Counted from the first letter of the stretch, positions 35,361 to 48,328 are shown. The stretch: 50,694 nt of DNA from Octopus bimaculoides (GCF_001194135.2 NC_068991.1:74525467-74576160), one strand, 5' to 3'. The notes: a model not told the origin generated them from the sequence alone. Numbers and translations: made by a program.

Positions 35361-37201
35361 TTATTTATCTATCGATCGATCGATCGATCTATGCAAGGAA
35401 TGCATTCATAAGAATTCTGATGTCGCTAAGGTCTCATACTTATAAAACGCTGACTACGTACAATCAATTTCAAATTCATTTTACCAGGCACAAAGATCAT
35501 CATTCTCAGTATCACGTGCAGTTTTCTTGACTGAAGAAAACAAGCAATTTGATAGAATTTTGGCTGTTATTTCTATCCTGGATAGAAACTATATTGCGAA
35601 TATTTTCTTTCATTCTATTGTTACGTTAAGGACATATAGTATTAAAGATTGATAAGGACATATAGTATTAAAGATTGATAAGGACATATAGTATTAAAGA
35701 TTGATAAGGACATATAGTATTAAAGATTGATAAGGACATATAGTATTAAAGATTGATAACAAAAATACTACATACCTGAGGTTAGTAGGATATACTTCTG
35801 GGGTGTATAACCACATAATACAATTTGAGGCACTGATTCCAAACATGCCCATCATACTAAACACTGTATTGATAATGGAAAATACTTTCTTTTTTCCTGA
35901 AATAAATAATTGTAAAAGTTATTTCATTTTACGTTGTGAAGAAAAAATGGATATAGGAAAGTTACAAGATTCTATTTTATAAAGGATAATTTGAGATTCT
36001 TGTTATACAAGATTAATAGAATGTTCGAGGATAGCTGCATGAAGATATTTTTTCATGCGAGTTGCTAATATTTTTGCTCACATATTTAGAGAAATATTGT
36101 ATCCTAATATAAATTTCTTGACATGTAAACTATAACAATATCAACCACTCATTGCTATTTTGAAACAGCTGTAAAGATTCTGTTTGCACCCTGGAGTATG
36201 CATGTAACATCTAATTCTGACCATCTGTAATTGTGCCAATAAAATAAGCACCGCCGGAGGGTAGTGGACTAGCGGAATATTTAGCGCATGGGACGGGGTG
36301 TAGTGCGGTATCTGTTCCGGTTCTTTGTGTTCTGAGTTCAAATTCTGCCATGGGCCACTTGGGTGATTAACTTATTCCGCCAGTGTGTCTAACACCACTA
36401 CATCCTGGTACTTTGTGTTCCCCTAACGGAGGACTCCACTCTATTATAAACATTTGAATCAAATTTCCAGTTTGAGGATACTTTCTTCCTTCCCTCTTTC
36501 GCGTTTTGGATGCCCTGAAAAGGCCAGGAATGGAATACTTGCTCTTCTCTGAGAAATATAAGCAGGCATCCTTCAAATCACAACTTGCCATCGTAAAATA
36601 AGTTTTAAATGGAATAGTCAGATAATACTTTTAGTATAGGTACAAGCACTGTAATTTTGGGGGAATGGGTTAATCGATTTCACCAACCCCAGTACTCAAC
36701 TGGTATTTATTTCATCGATCTCGAAAGGATGAAATGCAAAATCGACCTGAAGAGCAAGTATTACTTTTTGAAAGTCTTCCTTGGGAGGAAGAGAGGAAGC
36801 CATGCTCGAATCAAAGATTAAGTTGGTACGACTGCTTCGAACAGAGCGGAATCTGCAAAACCATCTCAAAAGGCACAAATGACGATGATGATCAAGGCGA
36901 CGAATTAAGTTTACGGATAATCTTATTCGGGATATAGAGAAAGGAGCAAAAATTTATTATTACGCATCTACCGAACAGGGAGCAGGGTTAACTCAGGGAT
37001 AAACAACGATAAAGACTGTACTGAACCGTTAAATCAAAATCAACATACCTCCCAAGTTGTTAACCAGGACTGCACAAAGAAGAGACACACCGGATAAACA
37101 CAGGAATAATGCCATTGTTGAACGTCTTTGTAACCTAGAAAATTTAAGAGAGATGTTTACATACATACATGCACACATACATACGTGCATACATATATAC
37201 T

Positions 37202-37249
<48 letters not shown>

Positions 37250-38873
37250 TACGTACATATATATACATACACACACACACACACACACAAACATACATAT
37301 ATATGTGTGTGTGTGTGTTTGTATGCATGTGTGTATCAATATATACAGAAGTGGTCTAATCAATTAGTATCCGAACTGTTGCCATAGTAACGAAGCTAAG
37401 GCACAGAGATTGAAGTGGCTTGGCACAGATTGACCTTGAAATGTCTTGCGCATGCACACTAAGTTCTAACGTTCTAGCTCACTTCCGTTATTTACAGCAG
37501 TGTTTGGAAGGAAGGTGTGTATCGTGTGATCATCGCATTGGGCATGACAGATAAAGCTGAGCAGAGAACCTGGGGTCAACCTTACGAATGAGCAAGTGTC
37601 TCCGCTGTGGTGCATCTGTAATAGAGTAGATGAAACCATTGTCTATATCACGAACGAATGCCTTAAACTTCCCCGAAACCACTACAATCTGTGACGACAC
37701 GATGAGATAGCGAAAGTACTACATTGGAAACTGTACGATGAGTGGAGGGCAGATAGAGGCAAGACGTGGTATGAGCACAAACCGCAGAAAATAATGGAGT
37801 CCAAAGGCTTGAAAAATCCTTTGATATTTCCCAATCCAGACAGATCCAAACAACACGGACAAACAAATACGACTGAAACCAATACCTCCGCCTTAGCGAA
37901 GGCGGAGGTAATAAAGGTCGAAAACTGAAATTTTCCATCAAGATTACTCCAAGTTTCGCATCATCGTTTTTTGCTAGGACTGGATCTTTTATTGGCGAAC
38001 CCACTGGCCAACAAAAGGATCCATTAGTGAACTCACACCCGTCCATCCAGTTTCGATTCTCAGATGTACAAGCTTCTCTTGACTTGTTATATTACAGTTC
38101 TTGAAAAAGAAAGCACACAATTATATTTTCCCCCTGTGTAATTATGCAATGTTATTGTTGCTTAACTCAGTCAGCAGACATCGAGAAGATCCATGATCGA
38201 TATTCCAATCGTAAAGGCCTCGTTCATGTTTTAAGGCACGGTGTTTCTAAGACTAGATTCCCTGATGCCCCATGAATCATTTACGTCAGTTAATTTATGC
38301 TAAATAAACACACAGGCGCATATTTAGACGTGTTGACCAAAAGAACATCTAGTCAGTCGCTCGATTTGCCAGAAATAGCAGTTAAGTCTCACTCATATCA
38401 CACTCAAATCCCTGTGATCTGAAGGATTTTTCTCTTTTTTTTTTTTTTGAGCGATCACCAGTAACAACGTGTTTATATAACAAGAACAGATTAATTATAT
38501 GGAAATGTAAAATCAAATGTTACGCATGGGTTCAGGGGTGGCAGTGTGGTCTTAAAGTTTGCTTCCCGGTCATATGGTCATTCAGTCCCACTGCACGGCA
38601 CTTTGGGCAGGTAACTTCTGCTAAAGGTCCCCAAGTCGANNNNNNNNNNNNNNNNNNNNNNNNNNNNNNNNNNNNNNNNNNNNNNNNNNNNNNNNNNNNN
38701 NNNNNNNNNNNNNNNNNNNNNNNNNNNNNNNNNNNNNNNNNNNNNNNNNNNNNNNNNNNNNNNNNNNNNNNNNNNNNNNNNNNNNNNNNNNNNNNNNNNN
38801 NNNNNNNNNNNNNNNNNNNNNNNNNNNNNNNNNNNNNNNNNNNNNNNNNNNNNNNNNNNNNNNNNNNNNNNNN

Positions 38874-38921
<48 letters not shown>

Positions 38922-41070
38922 TGCGTGTACGTGCGTGTCTCCTACCAGTGTTGATTTGTTTACGTCTCCCTTCGTTTAACAGTTCGGCAAAACAAGTGAA
39001 CGCTAGAATAAGTACCAAACTATGTGAAAAAGATTAATACTAGTGTCAATTTGTTTCACTAAAGCCCTCTAAGGTGATGCTCCAGCATGATCACTGTGCG
39101 ATAAGTGAAACAAGTAACAGAAAAAAAGACGAATGACAAAAATAAAATGAAGGAACAAAAATAATGTATATTTACTTGAAAAGTAGCACGGCCATCAATA
39201 TATTTGCGGCTAATTCTGTCAGGGATACCAAAAAGAAATTCAAATAATGATCGCCTGCCAGCTCAGATGACGTCAAATATATGCCGTAGTACGTTAGAGT
39301 GTTTGTCAACCTGAAATGTTTTAACAGTTAAAAAGTATTTAATAAAACACACATGAAAAAATCTTTATTTCGATATGTTTTCTGTATATTAAGACTTTGG
39401 ATACAAAAAAATGTATATTTATATCTACACAACGCTTCGAGCTGCGATCGTCATCAGTTCTTTTCATTCCTATGTGTATATGGCTGATTACTTAAGAAAT
39501 TTTCTCTCTTTACGTCTATCAAACCCAAGTTCGATCCGAAAGCATAGCATCTAAGGCAAGTAGTTTTTTTATTATTACTGTAGTCTCAGATTGACTGTGA
39601 GTGAATTTGAGGTAGTCAGAGACTGTATAAAAGTTTATCTGCTGGAGATTATACCTGTAATTTTAAAGGTGCAGCCTTGTCACGCAGGTTCATATTAATT
39701 GTCTCTGTGATTTTCTTTTATATATGGTTGTTTCTCCAGATATTATTAAAATCAACATATCATTACACTTGGTCGATCTCTTGATGATCTTTCGGTTATT
39801 CCACATAACCATGTGACTGTGAAATAGTGAAACACTTCGCTCACTCAGTCAACGATCAAGTAGTACAATTGATCGAATAACTGAACACTAATCGTGGAAA
39901 GTGACGGAGATCCATCATTTACATGATAACNNNNNNNNNNNNNNNNNNNNNNNNNNNNNNNNNNNNNNNNNNNNNNNNNNNNNNNNNNNNNNNNNNNNNN
40001 NNNNNNNNNNNNNNNNNNNNNNNNNNNNNNNNNNNNNNNNNNNNNNNNNNNNNNNNNNNNNNNNNNNNNNNNNNNNNNNNNNNNNNNNNNNNNNNNNNNN
40101 NNNNNNNNNNNNNNNNNNNNNNNNNNNNNNNNNNNNNNNNNNNNNNNNNNNNNNNNNNNNNNNNNNNNNNNNNNNNNNNNNNNNNNNNNNNNNNNNNNNN
40201 NNNNNNNNNNNNNNNNNNNNNNNNNNNNNNNNNNNNNNNNNNNNNNNNNNNNNNNNNNNNNNNNNNNNNNNNNNNNNNNNNNNNNNNNNNNNNNNNNNNN
40301 NNNNNNNNNNNNNNNNNNNNNNNNNNNNNNNNNNNNNNNNNNNNNNNNNNNNNNNNNNNNNNNNNNNNNNNNNNNNNNNNNNNNNNNNNNNNNNNNNNNN
40401 NNNNNNNNNNNNNNNNNNNNNNNNNNNNNNNNNNNNNNNNNNNNNNNNNNNNNNNNNNNNNNNNNNNNNNNNNNNNNNNNNNNNNNNNNNNNNNNNNNNN
40501 NNNNNNNNNNNNNNNNNNNNNNNNNNNNNNNNNNNNNNNNNNNNNNNNNNNNNNNNNNNNNNNNNNNNNNNNNNNNNNNNNNNNNNNNNNNNNNNNNNNN
40601 NNNNNNNNNNNNNNNNNNNNNNNNNNNNNNNNNNNNNNNNNNNNNNNNNNNNNNNNNNNNNNNNNNNNNNNNNNNNNNNNNNNNNNNNNNNNNNNNNNNN
40701 NNNNNNNNNNNNNNNNNNNNNNNNNNNNNNNNNNNNNNNNNNNNNNNNNNNNNNNNNNNNNNNNNNNNNNNNNNNNNNNNNNNNNNNNNNNNNNNNNNNN
40801 NNNNNNNNNNNNNNNNNNNNNNNNNNNNNNNNNNNNNNNNNNNNTATATATATATATATATATATATATGCATATACATATTATATATAAATATTATATA
40901 TGTGTGTGTGTGTGTTTGTGAGTGTGTGTGTGCATATTCATATATACATATATATATATATGTGCATATCTACATATTCATACATATACATATACATGTA
41001 TATATATGTGTGTGTGTGTGTATATATGCATATGTGCATATGTATATGTATATTCATTTGTGTGTGTATG

Positions 41071-41117
<47 letters not shown>

Positions 41118-42549
41118 TATTAGAGGTAATAGTCTTGCCTGAAGATCGCAGATGCATGAAATTTGACTCATAAGACCCCAACTCGGTTTGAATTTCAATG
41201 CAAAAAAAGACAATATTTTCTACATGTATTGTTCATTGTCTGTCATAAAACAACGTAAACACACACACACACACACACACGCACACACACATGCATGCGA
41301 TGTGAGCATGTACTATATATGTATACATCAACACATGTAACATCAGAACTTTGCGCAAACTTACCCTATAAAAAGTACGATTATGCTAATTTTTCTAGCC
41401 AAGGAATCTTTAAATATTGTGTGGAATCCTTCTTTGACCTTATCCTGTTGATTAAGGTCCTCTTTGGAAGGGGTCTTTTTCTTGTTTTCGCTGCTCACTA
41501 ATGGAATCAAAGATGACTTCATGTTATTTCCCCAGATACGGTCAAAATCGACACCGTTGTACTTGGAGGCTCTTTTGATGATTTTCTTTGATCGTTCCAC
41601 GAAGCCATTTGTCACCACCCATCTTAAAGATTCCTCAAGGAACCTGTTTATTGAGGTAAAATACAATTGAAAGAATAAGAGAATGAATGAATAAGTGAAT
41701 GAGTGAATGAAAGAATGAAAATGTTTATTTTTCGAGATGAAGAACAATAAAGAGAAAAATAGGAAGAAATGGGAGGAGGAAAAAGGAGAAGCAAAAACTA
41801 GCAGCAGCGGGGGTTGCAGTAATAGNNNNNNNNNNNNNNNNNNNNNNNNNNNNNNNNNNNNNNNNNNNNNNNNNNNNNNNNNNNNNNNNNNNNNNNNNNN
41901 NNNNNNNNNNNNNNNNNNNNNNNNNNNNNNNNNNNNNNNNNNNNNNNNNNNNNNNNNNNNNNNNNNNNNNNNNNNNNNNNNNNNNNNNNNNNNNNNNNNN
42001 NNNNNNNNNNNNNNNNNNNNNNNNNNNNNNNNNNNNNNNNNNNNNNNNNNNNNNNNNNNNNNNNNNNNNNNNNNNNNNNNNNNNNNNNNNNNNNNNNNNN
42101 NNNNNNNNNNNNNNNNNNNNNNNNNNNNNNNNNNNNNNNNNNNNNNNNNNNNNNNNNNNNNNNNNNNNNNNNNNNNNNNNNNNNNNNNNNNNNNNNNNNN
42201 NNNNNNNNNNNNNNNNNNNNNNNNNNNNNNNNNNNNNNNNNNNNNNNNNNNNNNNNNNNNNNNNNNNNNNNNNNNNNNNNNNNNNNNNNNNNNNNNNNNN
42301 NNNNNNNNNNNNNNNNNNNNNNNNNNNNNNNNNNNNNNNNNNNNNNNNNNNNNNNNNNNNNNNNNNNNNNNNNNNNNNNNNNNNNNNNNNNNNNNNNNNN
42401 NNNNNNNNNNNNNNNNNNNNNNNNNNNNNNNNNNNNNNNNNNNNNNNNNNNNNNNNNNNNNNNNNNNNCTTGAGACTGGAAAATGCTCCAGCATTATTGT
42501 AACACAAGCTACTGAAATACCCTATGAATAAATAAATAAATAAATAATG

Positions 42550-42628
<79 letters not shown>

Positions 42629-42911
42629 TAATAATGTATTTTATAATAATGTAATAATAATAATAATGTATTTTATAATAATAATAATAATGTATTTTAT
42701 TCAGACAAATACATAACAAAAACACCAGGACTTACAAATATATATAACATACAGAAAATTGCACTACTGGGCACTGCACACATCCTACGCAAAACACTTT
42801 CAATACAGTAACCATATGAGCATCACAGCAAACCACAGCACATACCCAATGCACACAGAGCTGCGCTCGGTAGTGAAGTGAAAGCACGTTATAAAAATAA
42901 AACTACTGAAC

Positions 42912-42966
<55 letters not shown>

Positions 42967-43948
42967 GGTATGATAAAAGAAGGGATGTCATAAACATCTA
43001 GATAAGATCCCAGGAGAAACATGTCTCAAAAATCTAAAAGATTGTGCTAACAAGTACTGCCACATCCTAAGAAAAACCCTTTCCATTTAAAAATCTGTGT
43101 TGTATTACATGAAGATATTTCACTACGACCCCCACCCCAAACTTTCAGTCATACTGTAACATTTCTTATCCTTCATTCGCCCCAGGACGCTAGGTGTGTC
43201 TCGGCAAGTGACTGTAACAAACATGCAGACTAAAAGTAATAATAATAATAATAATAATAATATTTTTAAAAGGATTGACGTAACTCTTCACAAAGGTAAA
43301 CAGTCAAGACGAAGAGCGCGATTCGATTGTAATAGATATTTTTTTAGTTGAACGATATTTCGACAGTACGTCTGTCTTTGTCAAGTTCAAAATAAGAAGT
43401 GATAAAAATTCAAAATTACAGAAATTTAAATGTNNNNNNNNNNTAATAGATATTTTTTTAGTTGAACGATATTTCGACAGTACGTCTGTCTTTGTCAAGT
43501 TCAAAATAAGAAGTGATAAAAATTCAAAATTACAGAAATTTAAATGTAAAGTATGAACGAGAGCAATCAGCGTCCACACGTTGATGGAATGACATCATCA
43601 GTTTTTAAGTTGCAATTTTATAACAGGCGAAAAGAAAAAGACAGAAAAAAAGGAAAGGAAAAGAGAGAAAGAAGAATATTTAATCAAACAGTTTTATATA
43701 AATTTGATGATATTCTCCTGTCATCTTATTCATTCCTCCAGGGCGTGATGTTAATAACCCGCAAACATATTTCTCCTCATACATTCTAAGAAGTGAAAGT
43801 GGGGCAGATTCAGAATATTTTCTGAGAATATGCACTTTCATGTCTTCTTCAAAATTGCAGCCGCTTGAAACGAAATGTTCAGCAAGTTATGTCGAACTAC
43901 TGTTATTGTGCCTGACCTTTGTGAAGAGTTATGTCAATCCTTTTTAAA

Positions 43949-43982
<34 letters not shown>

Positions 43983-44176
43983 CTTTTCTACTAAAAGAAG
44001 CAGAAGGCCTGAAATTTTGGGGGAGGAGACTAGTCGATTACATCGAACCTAATGCTTCACTGGTACTTAATTTATTGACCCCAAAAGGATGAAAGGCAAA
44101 GTCGACGTCAGAGGAATTTGAACATAGAAGTGTAGCCGGAAGAAAAGATGTCAACCCCTCTGTTAGCTAGCTGTCT

Positions 44177-44225
<49 letters not shown>

Positions 44226-47146
44226 AGGATATAGCCAAGAATTAGCAATATTAAACTCTTGATTATTGACACCCTCGTGGGACAGTACTAAGTTGTGTCA
44301 GACACCACAACATGTAATCAGGTGGAGCCTACATAAACCTCCAAATTGCAATGATTGCAGCAGACTAGCCGGCTAACCTGGAGGTACATTTCGTTGTGGG
44401 AGTTGAAAAGAAATCGCTGAGGCTGACGATACAGGATAGACGGTGCAGAGGTTACACATGGTAGCAAGGCCACAGGACTGGAAGGGGATCATCTTCCAAC
44501 ATCTTCTAATTGGAAAACCATTAAGTGGTCCTTGCTGCCACACGTGTAGCAGCTAGGCTATCTGTCCAACTCAACTAGTCTCATGGCTTTTTTTCTTTCC
44601 GAAAACGTGACGAGGGAACTTCAAAATGGCATTGTGTTTTTGGTGGAGACATTTAGACTAACCCCACCCGGCCACATATCGTTCCTTGTTATCTCGGTGC
44701 TTATCGCGTTCCCGTACATAAGTGTCGCAAAAGTACCAAGTTTAGGGTCCGCGCCTTCACCCTTACCTTTTACCATAACCTTCGAGTTACGCCACCTGTT
44801 GATAGGTGTTTACATATTAGCTAGACAGATGTGTAATACACTATCTTGAGCTGCTCTTTCAGCATCATCTGCAGCACTGGCATCGTTTTGCAACACTATG
44901 CACACGATTTTATTGACAGTATTTCATTCGATGGAGGAGACAGTGTAACTACATCAGCCATGGCTATCTCTAGTTCTTGTTTCGAAAGCATGAGACGCCC
45001 ACTAAAGTACGTACAAGCATGTATTGTACTTTTGAGTGGGGATTTTCCTCCAATCGTTTCTATTAATCTTGAACGTGAAAGCATAAAGTGAAGGGTCAAA
45101 TCTTGTTAAACTATATTTAACTAGATTATATTATTGTTTCTTTGCTTTATCTAAACGTAAGTTTTGATATCTTTATAACTCTTCAGAATTTCTTCTGGTT
45201 CTTTTCTTCTGAGTTCAAAGTCTGCCGATGTTGACTTTGCTTTTCCTCCGTTCGCTGTTGATAAAATAAGTAGCAGTGGGGTCAGTGGAATTGATTAGCT
45301 CACCCCCTCAAAATTCCAGGCCCTGTGCCAATAGTATAAAGAAAAACCTCTTATAACTCGTTTATATTAATAGTGAATTTAAATCAGCAAGCGGAGTTAT
45401 GTATAAAACACAGGTGTACTATGTTTATTTATAAAACGGGCACAGAATAAAAAAATGAGTCACTCCATGGAAGTATTTTTGTCAAGTGAACCGTGAAGAA
45501 TAAAAACCTGTCAACCATGATCATACAAGGTACTTGAGAGTTAATATTTTTTAGATATTACCGGTTGTAATAAAGATTTCGCAACTCGTTTAAGGATTCA
45601 AAATTCGTATCTGCTATGTCTGACACAACATACAATGAAAAGTTTAAACATTTTTAATCTGAATAGACCCAACTGAGATTTGTGGGGTAAACGAGCCAGT
45701 TTACCTGATTTCTTTAACAGACAGGTAAACACTTTTTTGTCATTCTCCATGCTTTCTCAGTCGTGTAAACTTTATTGCGACAGCGCATAAAACCCTTTTT
45801 GTCTGATATGCCATTTATTTATGGATATGAAATACTTCACTTGTTAAATATATCGAGAATCTTATCATATTTAACAAGTGAAGTAATCTCACTTGCTTTT
45901 TATTTACTCAAAACATTGATTCAAGCAAAACCACTAACAGTATGATATTTTTGCGCTATTTTTCATACTGAATTTTATTGATCGGTAATAAAGAAAAAAA
46001 TGTATTGTGAGGAAGCGAACCCAATTTAATCTGGGAGTCTTAATATGCTGAGCCCTGTACTACATAAAGACATGTAGGAGGGTAAAATGATGTCATGTGA
46101 ATGATACAATAGTATTATATGAAAGGAAGGGAAAAGTTAGAAGGCTTTTGAGAATCATGATTTTAAATAACGATGTTCGACATAATTTTGACGGTTACAT
46201 CTCTCCGTAGTCTTAAGCGCTACCGGCTCCGGTCCTATGTAACTGCCGAACTTCTCTCTTGAAGACCCTGCACATAAACACACAATAGGATGTGGGAAGT
46301 GTTTATACTTTACCTGAATAAAAATGCCTTCAAGTCCCCGTAATACTGCAAACACAATATAATTTGGAGAAAATGACGATCCGATGCTGACGATTAAAGA
46401 AATAATGCCGCACAACACCAAAATAGGTTTACGTCCTCTTGTATCGCAAAGGTAAGGCATGCTTAAGGAACCAACCACGCCTCCAACTGCATACAGAGTT
46501 TGGGTGAGTTCAGCCAGACCAGCTTTGCCACAGACGAGATCCCACTGAAATGGAAGTGCAACGTATATAGAATACAAATAAGAATAGAAGGGATTTGATT
46601 TGGGAAGGTGTTAAAATCTTGCAACAAGTATGGACTTGACAGAGCAAAAAATTGGTACGACCACAAACCCGAAGGCATCATCGAAAAGGATAATGCAAAG
46701 ATCCTATGGATTTTATGATTCAGTGCGACCATGAGATAGAGAATAGGAAGCCAGACATAGTCTTAATAGAGAAAGAAAGCAAACAATGCTGGATCATAGA
46801 TATATCATGCCCAGCTGGCAACAAGGTATGCGATAAGGAAGAAAGAAAAGTCGACAGGTATGACAGGTTAGCTTGGGAGGTAAAGCAGTTGTGGTCGATG
46901 AAAAAGGTGGTAGTGGTACCAATAATTGTCGGAAACCTGGGAACAGTGAGTAAAAAAACTCGAGAAGTACGTGGAACAATTAGGGGCTGCAATAAGGGTG
47001 GAGCACTGGCAGAAAACAGCACTGCTTGGAACTACTCAAATACTCTGGAGGGTGCTCGAAAAATAAGAGGTGTTACCTTAGTTCACTGGTAGTGAACAGC
47101 TGACATTGTAGCACATCTCCAGCGTTAGAAGCTGTGCAAAGGCAAC

Positions 47147-47180
<34 letters not shown>

Positions 47181-48167
47181 NNNNNNNNNNNNNNNNNNNN
47201 NNNNNNNNNNNNNNNNNNNNNNNNNNNNNNNNNNNNNNNNNNNNNNNNNNNNNNNNNNNNNNNNNNNNNNNNNNNNNNNNNNNNNNNNNNNNNNNNNNNN
47301 NNNNNNNNNNNNNNNNNNNNNNNNNNNNNNNNNNNNNNNNNNNNNNNNNNNNNNNNNNNNNNNNNNNNNNNNNNNNNNNNNNNNNNNNNNNNNNNNNNNN
47401 NNNNNNNNNNNNNNNNNNNNNNNNNNNNNNNNNNNNNNNNNNNNNNNNNNNNNNNNNNNNNNNNNNNNNNNNNNNNNNNNNNNNNNNNNNNNNNNNNNNN
47501 NNNNNNNNNNNNNNNNNNNNNNNNNNNNNNNNNNNNNNNNNNNNNNNNNNNNNNNNNNNNNNNNNNNNNNNNNNNNNNNNNNNNNNNNNNNNNNNNNNNN
47601 NNNNNNNNNNNNNNNNNNNNNNNNNNNNNNNNNNNNNNNNNNNNNNNNNNNNNNNNNNNNNNNNNNNNNNNNNNNNNNNNNNNNNNNNNNNNNNNNNNNN
47701 NNNNNNNNNNNNNNNNNNNNNNNNNNNNNNNNNNNNNNNNNNNNNNNNNNNNNNNNNNNNNNNNNNNNNNNNNNNNNNNNNNNNNNNNNNNNNNNNNNNN
47801 NNNNNNNNNNNNNNNNNNNNNNNNNNNNNNNNNNNNNNNNNNNNNNNNNNNNNNNNNNNNNNNNNNATATATATATATATAACGAGATGTGCCTATGTAT
47901 GTATGTATGTATGTATGTATGCAGGAATGTAAGTATGTATAGGTTGCATGTATGTATTTACCTCCGATAAAAATGAGATATATCTGTCGTGATCATAGCT
48001 ATAACCATTGATGCATTCCAGACTCTCGTTCTTGCTGCTGCCGTCCAAGCTGTTTATATTTATCTGGCATGCTTCGTAAGCAATTTCGTGTGTTTCGTTG
48101 GAGTCATAACCATATTCTTGCAATTGGGACGTATTCAATGCAGCACATTTTGACCCTGGGATAAATC
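32220..48167 (-). CDS. SLC22A: SLC22-family organic cation/anion transporter gene (multi-exon; 5' exon outside window; symbol is family-level only)
   Basis: Nine exons joined by hand with AG/GT sites and matching phases. They give SLC22/MFS motifs in order: cysteine/N-glycosylated loop, SFLSE|WDLVC, DTRGRKP, LEHFP, EESLRW, LQRR, PEVYPTNLR, RNIGLG, MPET, stop. Confidence 0.93.
33010..33235 (+). mobile_element. Mariner transposase N-terminal relic
   Basis: KDGENSIEDKPRS resembles the mariner HTH motif F..G..sleD.pRsGRP. Confidence 0.45.
33556..33628 (-). CDS. SLC22A: SLC22 exon: NIGLGFLAFCDSIGSMISPYFRIL (TM11)
   Basis: ctttcag|A acceptor, TTG|gtaagt donor; 73 bp, phase 2-0. Confidence 0.9.
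34593..34752 (-). mobile_element. SINE family A copy
   Basis: Reverse complement aligns to 6886-7042. Confidence 0.85.
35627..35756. repeat. Perfect 26-bp x5 minisatellite
   Basis: TAAGGACATATAGTATTAAAGATTGA repeated exactly five times. Confidence 0.97.
35776..35896 (-). CDS. SLC22A: SLC22 exon: KKKVFSIINTVFSMMGMFGISASNCIMWLYTPEVYPTNL(R) (TM10)
   Basis: atttcag|GA acceptor, AG|gtatgt donor; 121 bp, phase 1-2; E-x-Y-P-T-x-x-R signature. Confidence 0.93.
37049..37134 (-). CDS. SLC22A: SLC22 exon: LQRRSTMALFLCLSGVSLLCAVLVNNLG (TM9)
   Basis: ttctag|G acceptor, G|gtatgt donor; 86 bp, phase 2-1. Confidence 0.9.
37590..37820 (+). mobile_element. R4/Dong-like fragment (CCHC region)
   Basis: CICNRVDETIVYITNEC...RHDEIAKVLHWKL...WYEHKPQK. 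Confidence 0.75.
39176..39310 (-). CDS. SLC22A: SLC22 exon: LTNTLTYYGIYLTSSELAGDHYLNFFLVSLTELAANILMAVLLF (TM7-TM8)
   Basis: atttcag|G acceptor, AA|gtaaat donor; 135 bp, phase 2-2; YYG and YLNFFL motifs. Not in the supplied ORF track. Confidence 0.92.
41365..41643 (-). CDS. SLC22A: SLC22 exon: (R)FLEESLRW...central cytoplasmic loop...KISIIVLFI(G)
   Basis: aaacag|G acceptor, GG|gtaagt donor; 279 bp, phase 2-2; ESxRW motif. Confidence 0.92.
42469..42521 (-). CDS. SLC22A: SLC22 exon, 5' part only (GISVACVTIMLEHFPVS...), runs into gap 41826-42468
   Basis: ttcatag|GGT acceptor, phase 0, matching the previous donor; LEHFP resembles the E-x-x-P motif after TM4. The 3' end is hidden in Ns. Confidence 0.85.
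42705..43262 (+). mobile_element. Two stacked R4/Dong-like 3' ends embedded in (TAA)n
   Basis: IQKIALLGTAHILRKTLSIQ* plus 3'UTR and (AAT)n (42705-42965); second, more decayed copy at ~43000-43262, also ending in (AAT)n. Confidence 0.7.
46314..46544 (-). CDS. SLC22A: SLC22 exon: WDLVCGKAGL...DTRGRKP...LRGLEGIFIQ (TM2-TM4)
   Basis: tttcag|TGG acceptor, CAG|gtaaag donor; 231 bp, phase 0-0; WDLVC and MFS motif A. Confidence 0.95.
46585..47180 (+). mobile_element. R4/Dong-like non-LTR element 3' end (restriction-like endonuclease) with (TAA)n tail, antisense in an SLC22 intron
   Basis: WYDHKPEG...ILW, IQCDHEIENRKPDIV, IIDISCP, VPIIVGNLG (ORF 46706-47092), then (AAT)n running into the gap. Confidence 0.85.
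47962..48167 (-). CDS. SLC22A: SLC22 exon: large extracellular loop (G)FIPGSKC...YISFLSE
   Basis: ctag|GA acceptor (phase 1), GAG|gtaaat donor (phase 0); 206 bp; three Cys and N-x-S/T sites NTS, NET, NES. Confidence 0.9.
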
Positions 48168-48270
48168 CTAGATAAAAATAAGCAAAAACAAAGAAATTTA
48201 AAATATATATATATTTCGAAAGCAACACACACACATATATACCTATATGCATACATAAATACATACATAA

Positions 48271-48328
<58 letters not shown>

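Noticed and set aside
43324-43547. Apparent 110-bp exact tandem duplication
   Set aside because: Identical copies separated by exactly 10 Ns; typical scaffolding overlap artefact.
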